NCBI GenBank assembly: GCA_943789275.1 | Contig: CALSTM010000003.1 | Coordinates: 596,053-660,052 of the forward strand | Origin: Candidatus Poseidoniaceae archaeon | Lineage (GTDB): Archaea; Thermoplasmatota; Poseidoniia; Poseidoniales; Poseidoniaceae | Length of the DNA stretch: 64,000 bases | Direction of reading: 5' to 3' | In this document: positions 11,801 through 19,500 of the stretch, in pieces | Layout: every line of letters begins with the position of its first letter | Numbering within the stretch: position 1 is the stretch's first letter | Notes under the pieces: model-generated | What the model was told of the DNA's origin: nothing | The model's database searches: none | Seen by the model: the letters and a program-made list of their open reading frames with translations, nothing else | Position numbers and translations under genes: made by a program

Positions 11801-13092
11801 CTGCGACCGTCTTTACCATCTGGGCGAACAACTCTGCATACAGTCAATCGTTTGAACTTACGATTACTGTTCTCGAAGACCTCGTTCTTCCAAATGATGA
11901 TGGTGATGCTGGTGTTGATGAGGATGATGAGGACACCCCGCTGCTCCTCACTTGGGGTTACATCTGTTGCCCGTTGCTTCTTCTGCTTCTGCTGTCCGTC
12001 TTTATGTTGTTCTTCATCGGTGAAAAACAAGTCGTTATCGATGCTGAACCTTCAAACACTTTTGTAAAACCAGTTAGCAAAAGAGGCACAGGTACTCAAG
12101 AAGATCCTTTCGTATTGAAATCAATTGGAGGTCTCAAACCCGGTGGAAAAGCGAACAGCCATGAACGAATTACATTCGTCGGCTTGACAGTAGAGAGTAT
12201 TGAAATAATCGATTTGGAGCAAAAGAACAATGGAAATAAATTTTCCATGTTCATGCTCAAGCCAGCCTCCAGTGAAACGGGTGTTCGAATGCTTGGTATC
12301 GACGAGAATGTAGACACCACCATTGGCATGAGATTCGATGACAGTAAAGAAGAATCTTCCGTTAAGGGCGATGAATATTCAGCGTTGTTGAAAATTGGCA
12401 AATCCAGTGTTTACTTTTCTTGGACGGTGACGGTTAAACCGAGCAAGGTCAACAAAGTGAAGCCTAGAGAACCAATAGTGACGATTAAATCGACACAATC
12501 CATGTCCAAATCGGGTTCAATGAGTTCTTCTGAACCAAAGTCGTCCGTGGAGGAGAAGGCTGCAAAGGATGCTGAAGCTAAGGCTGCAAAGGATGCCAAA
12601 GCGCAAGCAGATGCGGATACTAAGGCGGCAAAGGAAGCCAAAGCGCAAGCAGATGCGGATGCTAAGGCGGCAAAGGAAGCCAAAGCGCAAGCAGATGCGG
12701 ATGCTAAGGCGGCGAAGGAACTCAAAGCACAAGCGGATTCAGAAGCCAAAGCAGTTAAAGAAGCCAGAGCCAAAGTCGACGAAGATGCTGCAGCTGTTGC
12801 CAAAAAGGCAGAAGAATTGGAACGTATCGCAAAGCGGGCTAAAAGTATTGATTTCGCTACGCTCGGTGTGGCTAACATCGGTGAAAAAGATGACCTGCAA
12901 GCCATCAAGGGCGTTGGTCCGTTCATCGGAGAAAAGTTGAATGCACTCGGCATCTTTACGTTTGAGCAAGTCGGAAACATGACGCCTGAAATTGAAGAAC
13001 AGGTCAACAAAGCGATTGAATTTTTCCCTGGCCGCGTTAAGCGAGACCAGTGGGCGAAGCAAGCAAGGCAACTTCATCATGATAAAAAGTGA
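2785..13092 (+). CDS. Body of giant secreted, membrane-anchored adhesin-like protein 1 (3435-aa ORF, ~3,600 aa with the N-terminal segment). It contains beta-propeller-like repeats, RCC1-like repeats, tandem Ig-like (He_PIG or cadherin-like) domains, TSP3-like Ca-binding repeats, a single TM helix, and a cytoplasmic tail with AK-rich repeats and an HhH-like domain.
   Basis: A single 10.3-kb ORF. The RCC1 signature HTCAILDNGSVSCWGxGxxGQLGNGG occurs seven times. LPxGLxFxxxxGxIxGTPT Ig-like units number more than 20. The acidic repeats include DxDxDGxxD (DTDGDGVCD). The hydrophobic helix is LLLTWGYICCPLLLLLLLSVFMLFFIG. The C-terminus is IKGVGPFIGEKLNALGIFTFEQV...FFPGRVKRDQW. Confidence 0.85.
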   Translation: MMLQDRSGNTTQSLLILKTSCILPTSAYKDDTNALTQDLKYATCASSCASASSWSNITLDATGFVGERTSIAVDSNDGVHISYTDNTNNALKYTMCSSSCGTASSWSNVSVDDIGTGDTKPTDIAIDSNDAVHIAYHWQGISNLNIRYATCTTSCASASSWTNTSGISLSNIHDVALAIDSNDALHIAGYDYDNKDIIYLACTSSCTSTSSWSNISAVTTGEVGARLSIAVDSTNNPHISYQAGAWAVHVGLPLGYATCTSSCLTASSFWTHGTVHSGSAVYTYGTSIAVNHNNDSVHIVHGNLFSKFYYLGSDTAPYTVSPDLPSGLSLDWSSGKISGTPRELSTSTIYTITARNAHGSDTATLTISVNAPPSLSYDLGTGNSTSVYSNKQVAAGYQHTCAILDNGSVMCWGENGHGQLGNGGTGDEHIPVWVDLGTDRTAVAITAGYRHTCAILDNGSVSCWGQGIFGQLGNGGTSQQTSPTLTSSLGTGRTAVAITAGYSHTCVILDNGSVSCWGIGNKGHLGNGGTSQQNSPTLTSSLGTGRTAVAISAGQYHSCAILDSGSVSCWGYGIEGQLGNGGTSQQNSPTLTSSLGTGRTAVAISAGGIHTCAILDNGSVSCWGEGSKGRLGNGGTSQQNSPTLTNSLGTGRTAVAISGGAKHTCAILDSGSVSCWGDGAIGILGDGGTSDQHSPTLTSSLGTGRTAVALENGHAHTCAILDDASMKCWGNDNNKQLGNGATGSTGDPPVLVSGSHTWDSTMISGSSSTVYLVQNALMSSLSPTLDAGFGAPTSCNQTGLPSGLLLSTTCVLSGTPTTLGSTTLTITPSNAEGNGSAAIFIVNVNASGGSITINTTSTEGGVGSAISDITMSYTHTASIPNWVSGVTNSTINPAPSIPAGGGSKLSIDSGLNGDIAAVYSVERTGATSANLSLLYKWNGAWTESTIDSSVDTEVPSVAIDRQGALHIGYVDKDNAKLKYATNASGSWVVETLGDAATHQFAQTAISVHPVTNAIHIMAVNGSTIPTAGLNHHTNETGTWLYSTISDPSEEEGFGVNFDIDSDGNLHVVFRREANSVTTPHYDHLIMASRINGVWQNQTIAINLINGAYGHHFDMAIDSQDQIHVTYQGNLNQGKWIWHGVLSSVNPSSSWVLTQLSTSGFYPALAVDSNDNVHLSYHGGAGCPRISGTKHTPLERGVRRIETSATAGNIHGGYFNEMTTDSNDDVFIFAYGQVVSTCKSCDIRITRIQGLGPSLATNPIFEVSPPLPDGLNMNWHNGTISGTPTETHANTTHTVTVTAFGATTTETFTLMVIEAADISYAGSPFTFTKNTEVVGETPTNAGGAVITWAIHPPASSLPNGLLFGPSNGTIYGTPTTVVSSAVTFTVWANNSADSNSTTISITVQDEAPDISYAGSPFTFTKNTEVVGETPTNAGGAVSTWAIHPPASSLPNGLLFGTSNGTIYGTPTTVVSSAVTFTVWANNSADDISTTISITVQDEDADISYAGSPFTFTKNSLVSGATPTNVGGAPDAWAIDPEISTTIPGLSFNTATGAITGTPTGVHSATMFTVWANNSAGDISTTISITVQDEDADISYAGSPFTFTKNSLVSGATPTNVGGAPDAWAIDPEISTTIPGLSFNTATGAITGTPTGVHSATMFTVWANNSAGDISTTISITVQDEDADISYAGSPFTFTKNSLVSGATPTNVGGAPDAWAIDPEISTTIPGLSFNTATGAITGTPTGVHSATMFTVWANNSAGDISTTISITVQDEDADISYAGSPFTFTKNSLVSGATPTNVGGAPDAWAIDPEISTTIPGLSFNTATGAITGTPTGVHSATMFTVWANNSAGDISTTISITVQDEDADISYAGSPFTFTKNSLVSGATPTNVGGAPDAWAIDPEISTTIPGLSFNTATGAITGTPTGVHSATMFTVWANNSAGDISTTISITVNDIAPVFTYSSLEVTLTNNSAVSLLPISTGGAVTSWEYVGTEPLGLNFEGGNGTIWGTPTVVQSKTQYLIWGNNSGGQLLVYMNITISDVPVSLSYTSDNYNLTRAVTMTTPISPVYTGIVDAWGIEPSPTLAGLSWDSSTGVISGTPNINMTRTEYTVWANNTGGNVSHKFNITINEPIVTLVYTPASETFVRGTTITNWLPTVTGGNVETWGIEPSITGTGLSFVNGVISGTPTINMTQADYIVWANTTGGETNFTISITINEPIVTLVYTPASETFVRGTTITNWLPTVTGGNVETWGIEPSITGTGLSFVNGVISGTPTINMTQADYIVWANTTGGETNFTITITINEPIVTLVYTPASETFVRGTTITNWLPTVTGGNVETWGIEPSITGTGLSFVNGVISGTPTINMTQADYIVWANTTGGETNFTITITINEPGVILEYNPENVIVTIGDPMTALTPIVSNGSVEIWSIYPELDNGLNFANGIISGTPTSIQSKQTYKIWANNTGGNTYHDVNITILDIVPEISYSLVSIDLTNDTTSSELPLSPSNLGGPVVSWSITPDLSLGLSFDPATGVISGTPTEVTALRVYTVTATNTGGTSTTEIEITVLDQVPMIAYVPSDEVLLLNESVLNMVPESTGGAITGWSITPEPSAGLFFDASTGVFSGTPTETMIRTLYEITATNDVGSMTVSVNITVEDLNYNLSLGPIYLLINEEMLSLEPTSTLSDAVYEVSPDLPDGLFLGESNGTIWGTPTVGMPLTNFTIYANSSLFNDVLEIQIGVLEDSDSDGMPNQLPLGYNPLGGLTEDLDDDGDGFTDAEESECVSDALDADSAPTDLDGDSICDALDDDVDGDGLLNDVETNTSTYVDENDTGTDSMNADTDGDGVCDGPQVPANGGCTAGPDVFPLDPAGSVDSDGDGMPDTLNGESTSSPPLVEDLDDDNDAWSDEMEAACGTDSVDSNSVPSDEDADEICDSLDTNLDLPFNLTYPTDTLTVTLGEEISILLPNLTGLGEVSSWEIEGELPEGLTFGWSPARDAALDGSIRGTPTAVMSATVFTIWANNSAYSQSFELTITVLEDLVLPNDDGDAGVDEDDEDTPLLLTWGYICCPLLLLLLLSVFMLFFIGEKQVVIDAEPSNTFVKPVSKRGTGTQEDPFVLKSIGGLKPGGKANSHERITFVGLTVESIEIIDLEQKNNGNKFSMFMLKPASSETGVRMLGIDENVDTTIGMRFDDSKEESSVKGDEYSALLKIGKSSVYFSWTVTVKPSKVNKVKPREPIVTIKSTQSMSKSGSMSSSEPKSSVEEKAAKDAEAKAAKDAKAQADADTKAAKEAKAQADADAKAAKEAKAQADADAKAAKELKAQADSEAKAVKEARAKVDEDAAAVAKKAEELERIAKRAKSIDFATLGVANIGEKDDLQAIKGVGPFIGEKLNALGIFTFEQVGNMTPEIEEQVNKAIEFFPGRVKRDQWAKQARQLHHDKK
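3960..5010 (+). repeat. Seven RCC1-like (beta-propeller blade) repeats of about 150 bp each, encoded within giant gene 1.
   Basis: Recurring xHTCAILDxGSVxCWGxxxxGQLGNGGTSQQNSPTLTSSLGTGRTAVAIxAG. Several copies share long identical nucleotide runs (for example acggttcagtttcctgttgggg). Confidence 0.75.
6724..8635 (+). repeat. Seven tandem 273-bp (91-aa) Ig-like domain repeats. The last five (7271-8635) are nearly identical at nucleotide level.
   Basis: The protein unit DADISYAGSPFTFTKNSLVSGATPTNVGGAPDAWAIDPEISTTIPGLSFNTATGAITGTPTGVHSATMFTVWANNSAGDISTTISITVQDE occurs five times. Spurious antisense and alternate-frame ORFs recur with an exact 273-nt period (7266, 7539, 7812, 8085, 8358) and identical translations. 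Confidence 0.9.
9163..9945 (+). repeat. Three near-identical tandem repeats of about 261 bp (87 aa), each encoding an Ig-like domain.
   Basis: EPIVTLVYTPASETFVRGTTITNWLPTVTGGNVETWGIEPSITGTGLSFVNGVISGTPTINMTQADYIVWANTTGGETNFTI(S/T)ITIN occurs three times. The nucleotide copies are visibly identical. Confidence 0.85.
12590..12720 (+). repeat. About three tandem copies of a 60-bp repeat encoding the Ala/Lys-rich unit AKEAKAQADADAKAAK in the cytoplasmic tail of giant protein 1.
   Basis: The string gcaaaggaagccaaagcgcaagcagatgcggatgctaaggcggca repeats three times with a 60-nt period. Confidence 0.8.
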
Positions 13093-13177
13093 TTTGAGTT
13101 CTTTTTCAAGGGTTCCAATCGATTCATCCGTTGATGTAAGGCATAACTCATTTAAGTGAGTTTTTCGACCTGCACTC

Positions 13178-13501
13178 ATGAGAGGGGACGCCGTAGGTAT
13201 GCCTCTCTTTCAATCGGGCCACTCTGCTGTGTTGAACAGAAAGTCCATCAAGTCAATTTGGCTTGCAGTTTTGATGGTTTCAATGTCGCTTTCTGTTGGC
13301 ATCGTTGAATTGAACCGGACACCGTTGGTAGATGCCATTGGTGTAGCAAGTGTTGGAGCAGGCTGTGCGTTTATCACTCGGGCCAGCGGCGAGGCAATCT
13401 ATGTCGATCCGGTCAACGGTTCGGATGCTTGGGACGGCACCTGGTCGTGTCCAAAAGCAACACTTTCCGATGCTCTGAACGACTCCATTTCAGAACGATG
13501 A
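13178..13501 (+). CDS. N-terminal signal-peptide segment of giant locus 2. It ends at a stop and continues in frame +1.
   Basis: The signal peptide ...KSIWLAVLMVSMSLSVGIVELN matches that of gene 1. YVDPVNGSDAWDGTWSCPKATLSDALNDS is the usual N-terminal lead-in of right-handed beta-helix proteins. The continuation (ND)EIVLYSGRYHENVTVDG lies in the next frame from about 13479. Confidence 0.5.
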   Translation: MRGDAVGMPLFQSGHSAVLNRKSIKSIWLAVLMVSMSLSVGIVELNRTPLVDAIGVASVGAGCAFITRASGEAIYVDPVNGSDAWDGTWSCPKATLSDALNDSISER

Positions 13502-16500
13502 AATCGTACTGTACAGCGGGCGGTATCACGAAAACGTCACTGTTGATGGCAAGGACAACCTTCTGATTCGTGCAGCCGATGGAGCCCGTGTTGTCTTTGA
13601 CGGTACTCGAAGCATTACTGAAGATTTAGGTGGTGTTTGGGGTGCAGCCGACAGCGATGGAATCCAAGAAGTCACTTTGCCTGTTGATGGCTGGCAACTG
13701 TTCCTTGCCTACGAAGAACAAGTTCCTGCTCGATGGCCAAATGCCCAATTCTCTGATGAAACGGTCTTCAATCGTTCGTACTGGGCTGAAGGCACATTGA
13801 CCGGTTCAAACAATGCCTACACGCAAGGCTGGTTGACAGATGCTGGTCCTGAAACAGGTGTTCACACAGGCCTCAATGAAACAATTAACGCCACAGGCCT
13901 CGACCCTGAAGGGGCTATTGCGGTGATGAACCTCGGTTCGTTCCGCTCCAACAGCCGTGTCATCACCGATTGGAATTCGGCCAACGGGACGTTTGCATAC
14001 GATGGCACTGGCGTAGGTTGGAAAACCAAGCATCACGCTTACTTCCTTGAGGGCAAGCGAGAACTCATCGATGTCGATGGTGAATGGTGGTTCAACAATG
14101 CAATCAACCGCCTGCATTACAAAACGCCAAGCGGGCAGAATGCAAACAATTTGGATTTGCGTGTCAAGGTACAACCGTTTGCGATGAGCGTTGAAAACTC
14201 CGACGGCGTGACCATCCAAGGCCTCGATTTCTTTGGAACGACGGTCAACTTCAACGAATGCGATGGATGCAGTTTCACCAATTCGACCCTCGAATATCCA
14301 AGCACCTCAAAGCGTGGATTGGGTATTGCCGGCGAATCAGAAGATGACCGTTGGATGACACGTTTCTATCGTTCAACCAACTCGTTTGTCGACAACATTT
14401 CCATCACCAACACCGACGGTGGCGCTCTTGAATTCCAAGGGTCTGCGGGTCAGTCGCACAACAACACGGTGAACAATTCCTACTTCCACGCCATCGACTG
14501 GTCAGCTGCCGACCAGAAAGGACTGATGGTCACAATTTACGAGGGAGGCCGAGACATGTACTTCACCAACAACACCGTTCACTTGACCGGGGCTTCATCC
14601 GTACTCTCCATTGGTGATGCGCCCAAGGTGTTCTACAACGAAGTCTGGGATGTTGGGCATTTGCAAACTGATGGCGCTGTTGTTCAGATCATGCAAGGTG
14701 AGGCCCCAGGTGCTGAAGTTGCTCACAACTGGATTCATGACATCATCAAGTACGGTGCCCGGTTTGATGCACCCATTGGAGAAGCGGGAGAAGGCCGGAA
14801 TGGAACCATGCATCACAATGTCATTTGGAATGTAACGGGCGGTTTGATGGTTAAGGGGGACTATCACGACGTCCACAACAACACGGTGTTCAATTCCTCA
14901 GATGGCAAAAATGACATCATTGCCCTCACCGATGGCGAGATCAACAACAAAAATTCGACGTTTCACCGCAATGCGGTGGATAAGATGGCCGACCATCGCT
15001 CAGGCTCATGGTCGCTTTATCCACTTCCCGCTGGGACGTATTGGAACAACTGGAACGGCTACGTCAACACCACGGATACGGTTTGGAATCAACTGGTTGA
15101 CCCTGCCAATTACGATTTCAGACCGAAGACCAACTCCCATCTTGACAACATGAGTGCGGGTGCATACGATGCTGGTGTGAGCAATCCGTGGACGGCCGGT
15201 ATTTCTTGGACATACACGACGCCCGATGCACCGGTCGAAGGGTGTATGCTCGATTATGCTGACAACTACGATGCAGACGCCACGCTATCAGACGGCTCGT
15301 GCTCCTTCGCATCGTATACGCCACCGGCCACGCTCGACCTCCGTCTCCATCTTGACCCAACCAACAGCAGTTCCTACAGCGGCAGCGGCACCAACGTCGC
15401 TGACCTTTCTGGGTTCAACAACTACGGAACCGTCGCCGCCGCTGGACCGACATGGGACGGCGATTTCACACGCTTCTCCTACGATGGGGCGTGCACTGGC
15501 TCGACCCCGAACCTGGTTTGCGATGAGATCGAAGTTTCTGACTCAACGAGCTTGCGCCCGGGCGGAAACGACTGGTCGGTATCAGTTTGGTTCAACGCCT
15601 CAACGCACCAACACAGCGTGATACTCGGCGCCTTCGACGACGGAGGGGCAGCAGTGGATGTTGGATGGGCCATCCGAATGAGAGCATCAGGTGGCATCTA
15701 TGCAAATGTGGGAACCACTTCCAACAATTCGGCCGCATGGACGTCAGAAGCATCCATCGATACGGACCGCTGGTATCACGTGGTCTTGGTTGCAGACCCG
15801 GGAAATACCCTCAGACTCTATGTTGATGGGCAAAACGTCGGAAGCGGTTCCTTGTCTGGAAGTGGAGCCCTGCGCAATGTAAGCAACAGCCTCTTCATCG
15901 CCTCCTACAACGGCGGTGAATATTCTCAGACCTTTGATGGACAAGTTGGTTCCGTCATGGCCTTTGCCGATGCACTCAACGCCACCACCATCAATCAAAT
16001 CTACAATGCAAGCAAGGGTGTGTACAGCAACACGACCACCCTGTCCTTCCCTCAATCTTCACCGACCTTGCTCCTCGGTCAAACATACAGTTTCCCCATG
16101 ACTGTCGCCAACGGTGAGATCACGACGTCCTATTCGCTCACGGGAACCTTGCCAAGCGGCATGAATTTCGAATCGAGCAACGGTACGATTTGGGGAACGC
16201 CAACGGCGGCTATGTCAACCACGAGCTACACCGTGACGGCCAACAACTCAGCCGGCACCTACTCGACCTCGTTCTCGTTGACATCGCAACATGCGGCACC
16301 GTACGATTTGGCCTACGCGCCAGAGAACATGACCCTTGAGAAGGGTACGGCCATGACGACCAACACGCCGAGTGTGAGCGGGGGCGCCATCACATCTTGG
16401 GAAATCAACCCCTCCGTGCCAACTGGACTTTCCTTTAGCACCTCAACCGGTGCCATCAGTGGTACGCCTTACGTGTTGCAAACAACAGCAACCACGTACA

Positions 16501-19500
16501 CGATATGGGCCAACAATTCAGGCGGAAATGCTTCAGCACAGGTCAACATCACCATCAACGATGAAGTGCCGATTATTTCCTATTCGTATGATGACATTAC
16601 CGGTACCAAGAGCGTGGCCATCAGCCCCCATTCTGGTCCAACTACGAGCGGTGGGACCATCACCTCATGGGAGATTTCACCATCACCAGGTTCTGCGTTC
16701 CACTTTAATTCCGCAAATGGCTACATCAGCGGAACTCCGGGGATTCTTCTGGCTAGAACCCAATACACCATTTGGGCCAACAATTCAGGTGGTTCGTCCG
16801 TTGCCTATGTCAACGTGACCATCAACGATGCAGCGCCGAACGCGTTGGGTTATTCTCCAGAAAATATGACACTCGAGAAGGATACAGCGATGACGCCGAA
16901 CCTTCCTTCGGTCAGTGGTGGAACCATCACGTCATGGGAAATCAGTCCTTCTCTGCCGAGCGGTCTGACATGGGGGGCCTCGGATGGGAAAATCAGTGGA
17001 ACACCCGCCGTTCTGCAAACGACGACGGTTACGTACACGATTTGGGCCAACAACTCAGGTGGTTCAGATTCCGCTCAAGTGAACATCACCATCAACGACC
17101 AACTCGCATCTGCAACCTATCCTTCAACCGTTGAAGTATCCAACGACCGAGCGATGACGACGGTCTCGCCGACCGTCACCGGTGGAGCGGTCATCTCGTG
17201 GGTCATCGTGCCTTCACTCTCCTCAGGCCTCAATTTCGGTAGTAGCAACGGAAGCATCTGGGGCACGCCAACAGGATTGTTGGAGAACGCCACCTACACC
17301 GTCTATGCGAACAACAGCGGCGGTTCAACCAGCATTACCTTCACGCTCGGGCTCAACTGGACGCTGACGCCAAGTGCCGAGGGTGCCTTCATCACCCGCA
17401 ACAGTTCCATTGCCAGCGACATCACGTGGGAATGGGATTACGATCCGCTTGAAGCTCAGAACCTTTCATTGGTGACTGGAGAATGGAACACCTGTGCCCT
17501 TGATAGCAATCAAAACGTGTTTTGTTGGGGACGAAACGGCAACGGTCAAATCGGCAACGGACAAACTGGAACGTCTGGTTGCGGTACATCAGGCCACAAG
17601 TGCAAGGACATTCCAACAGCAACGAACGATTTGGGCTCGGACGTGATCTCCCTTGCCTTTGGCCACCAGCATGCATGTGGCTTGCTTGACACTGGTGCCG
17701 TGAAGTGTTGGGGCCGAAACAATGCAGGGCAACTTGGAACCAGCGGTGGAGACAAGGATACGCCTCAAACCATCAATCTCGGGTCAGGGCGAACCGCTAC
17801 GAGCATCTACGCCGGTGGCCACTACACCTGCGCCATCCTCGATGACGCCTCCGTCAAGTGCTGGGGGGAGAATGGGAACGGTCAACTCGGTATTGGTTCA
17901 AACTCGAACGCCAACACACCGACCACCATTAACACCCTCGGGTCAGGTCGCACGGCTATTTCTTTAGCAACCGCCATGAGTGCAGTCTGTGCCCTCCTCG
18001 ATGACGGTTCAGTCAAGTGTTGGGGAGCCTCCGCAAATGGCCAGTTAGGCAATGGGGGTACCAGTTCAAATCTGAAGAGTCCACCTGCATCTGCAATTAA
18101 CCTCGGAACCGGCCGTACTGCAAAAGCCATCACAGGTGGCGAATCCCATTTCTGCGCCATCCTCGATGACGATTCCATCAAGTGTTGGGGCAATGGATTC
18201 AATGGGAAACTAGGAACCGGGACAACTTCCCACAGATCAACACCAACCTCAACCAGCGGAAGTTTCGCTACAGGTCGCTATGCGGTCGCCATTGACGCTG
18301 GCTACGATCACACCTGTGCCATTCTCGATAACGGCCAACTCACATGCTGGGGTTCTGATTCTGATGGCCAACTGGGTAACGGCGCTACCACGGGTACGAA
18401 ATCATCGATTCAATCCACAACCGTCACTCTTGGGTCGGGACGAACGGCCATTTCGCTTTCTGCAGGTGGAGAGCACACCTGTGCGCAACTGGACAATGGA
18501 CAACTCAAGTGCTGGGGGAATCGAGCAGACGGTCAAGTTGGCGACAACGGGAATTTCAACAATCCGTCCGATCGCACGAGCCCTTCCTCCGTATCCAACA
18601 ACAACCACGGCGGATATACCTATCTCAATACGGGCGTCATGCCTTCTTCCGCTGTTACTGGCGCTACCTGCGAGATCTCGCCTTCCCTCCCAACCGGCCT
18701 CAGTTTGACCGCCGGCACCTGCACCATCACCGGCACACCGACCGCTACAGCCAGCAACGCCACCTACACCATTTGGGCCAACGTTTCCGGCACATCGTAC
18801 AGCGGTCAAATCTGGCTTGAAGTCGGTTTGAATGCACCGGACATTTCCTATTCGTCTTCGACCTATACCTACACCAAGGACATAGAAATTTTCACGCTCA
18901 ACCCAACCAACGTCGGTGGCGAAGTGACAACTTGGGCCATCAACGCAACGTTGCCATCAGGCCTTACATTCGAGACCAGTAACGGTACAATTTGGGGCAC
19001 ACCGGACACGATTACGGCATCAACCACCTACACGGTATGGGCGAACAATTCCGCTGATTCAGATTCCTTCACCATCACGTTCACCGTAAACGATGCTACT
19101 CCGAATTTCTATTACGGCAGCGCAAGCGGTGGAGGCGCACACACACTTGTCCTCTATCTGGATCAGACCATGAATCCACTCACGCCGACCCAGGCATCCG
19201 GGGGTGGAGCGATCACTTCGTGCAGCAGTTCACCATCACTGCCTTCTGGGCTGTCGTTGAGTTCAACATGTGTCCTTTCAGGAACACCTGATGCAACCGC
19301 TACCGGGGCCTTCTACACCATCACAGGAACCAACACAGGCGGTAGCGATACAGCATCGTTGTACATCGAAATCCGCTCCTATGGTGGAACATTGAGCGTG
19401 ACACCAAGCAACACTGAAGGCAGCGTGAACAGTTCCATCTCAGACATCACGATGTCCTATGCGCATCAAATCAGCAACTACGGTTGGACATCTGGTGTAA

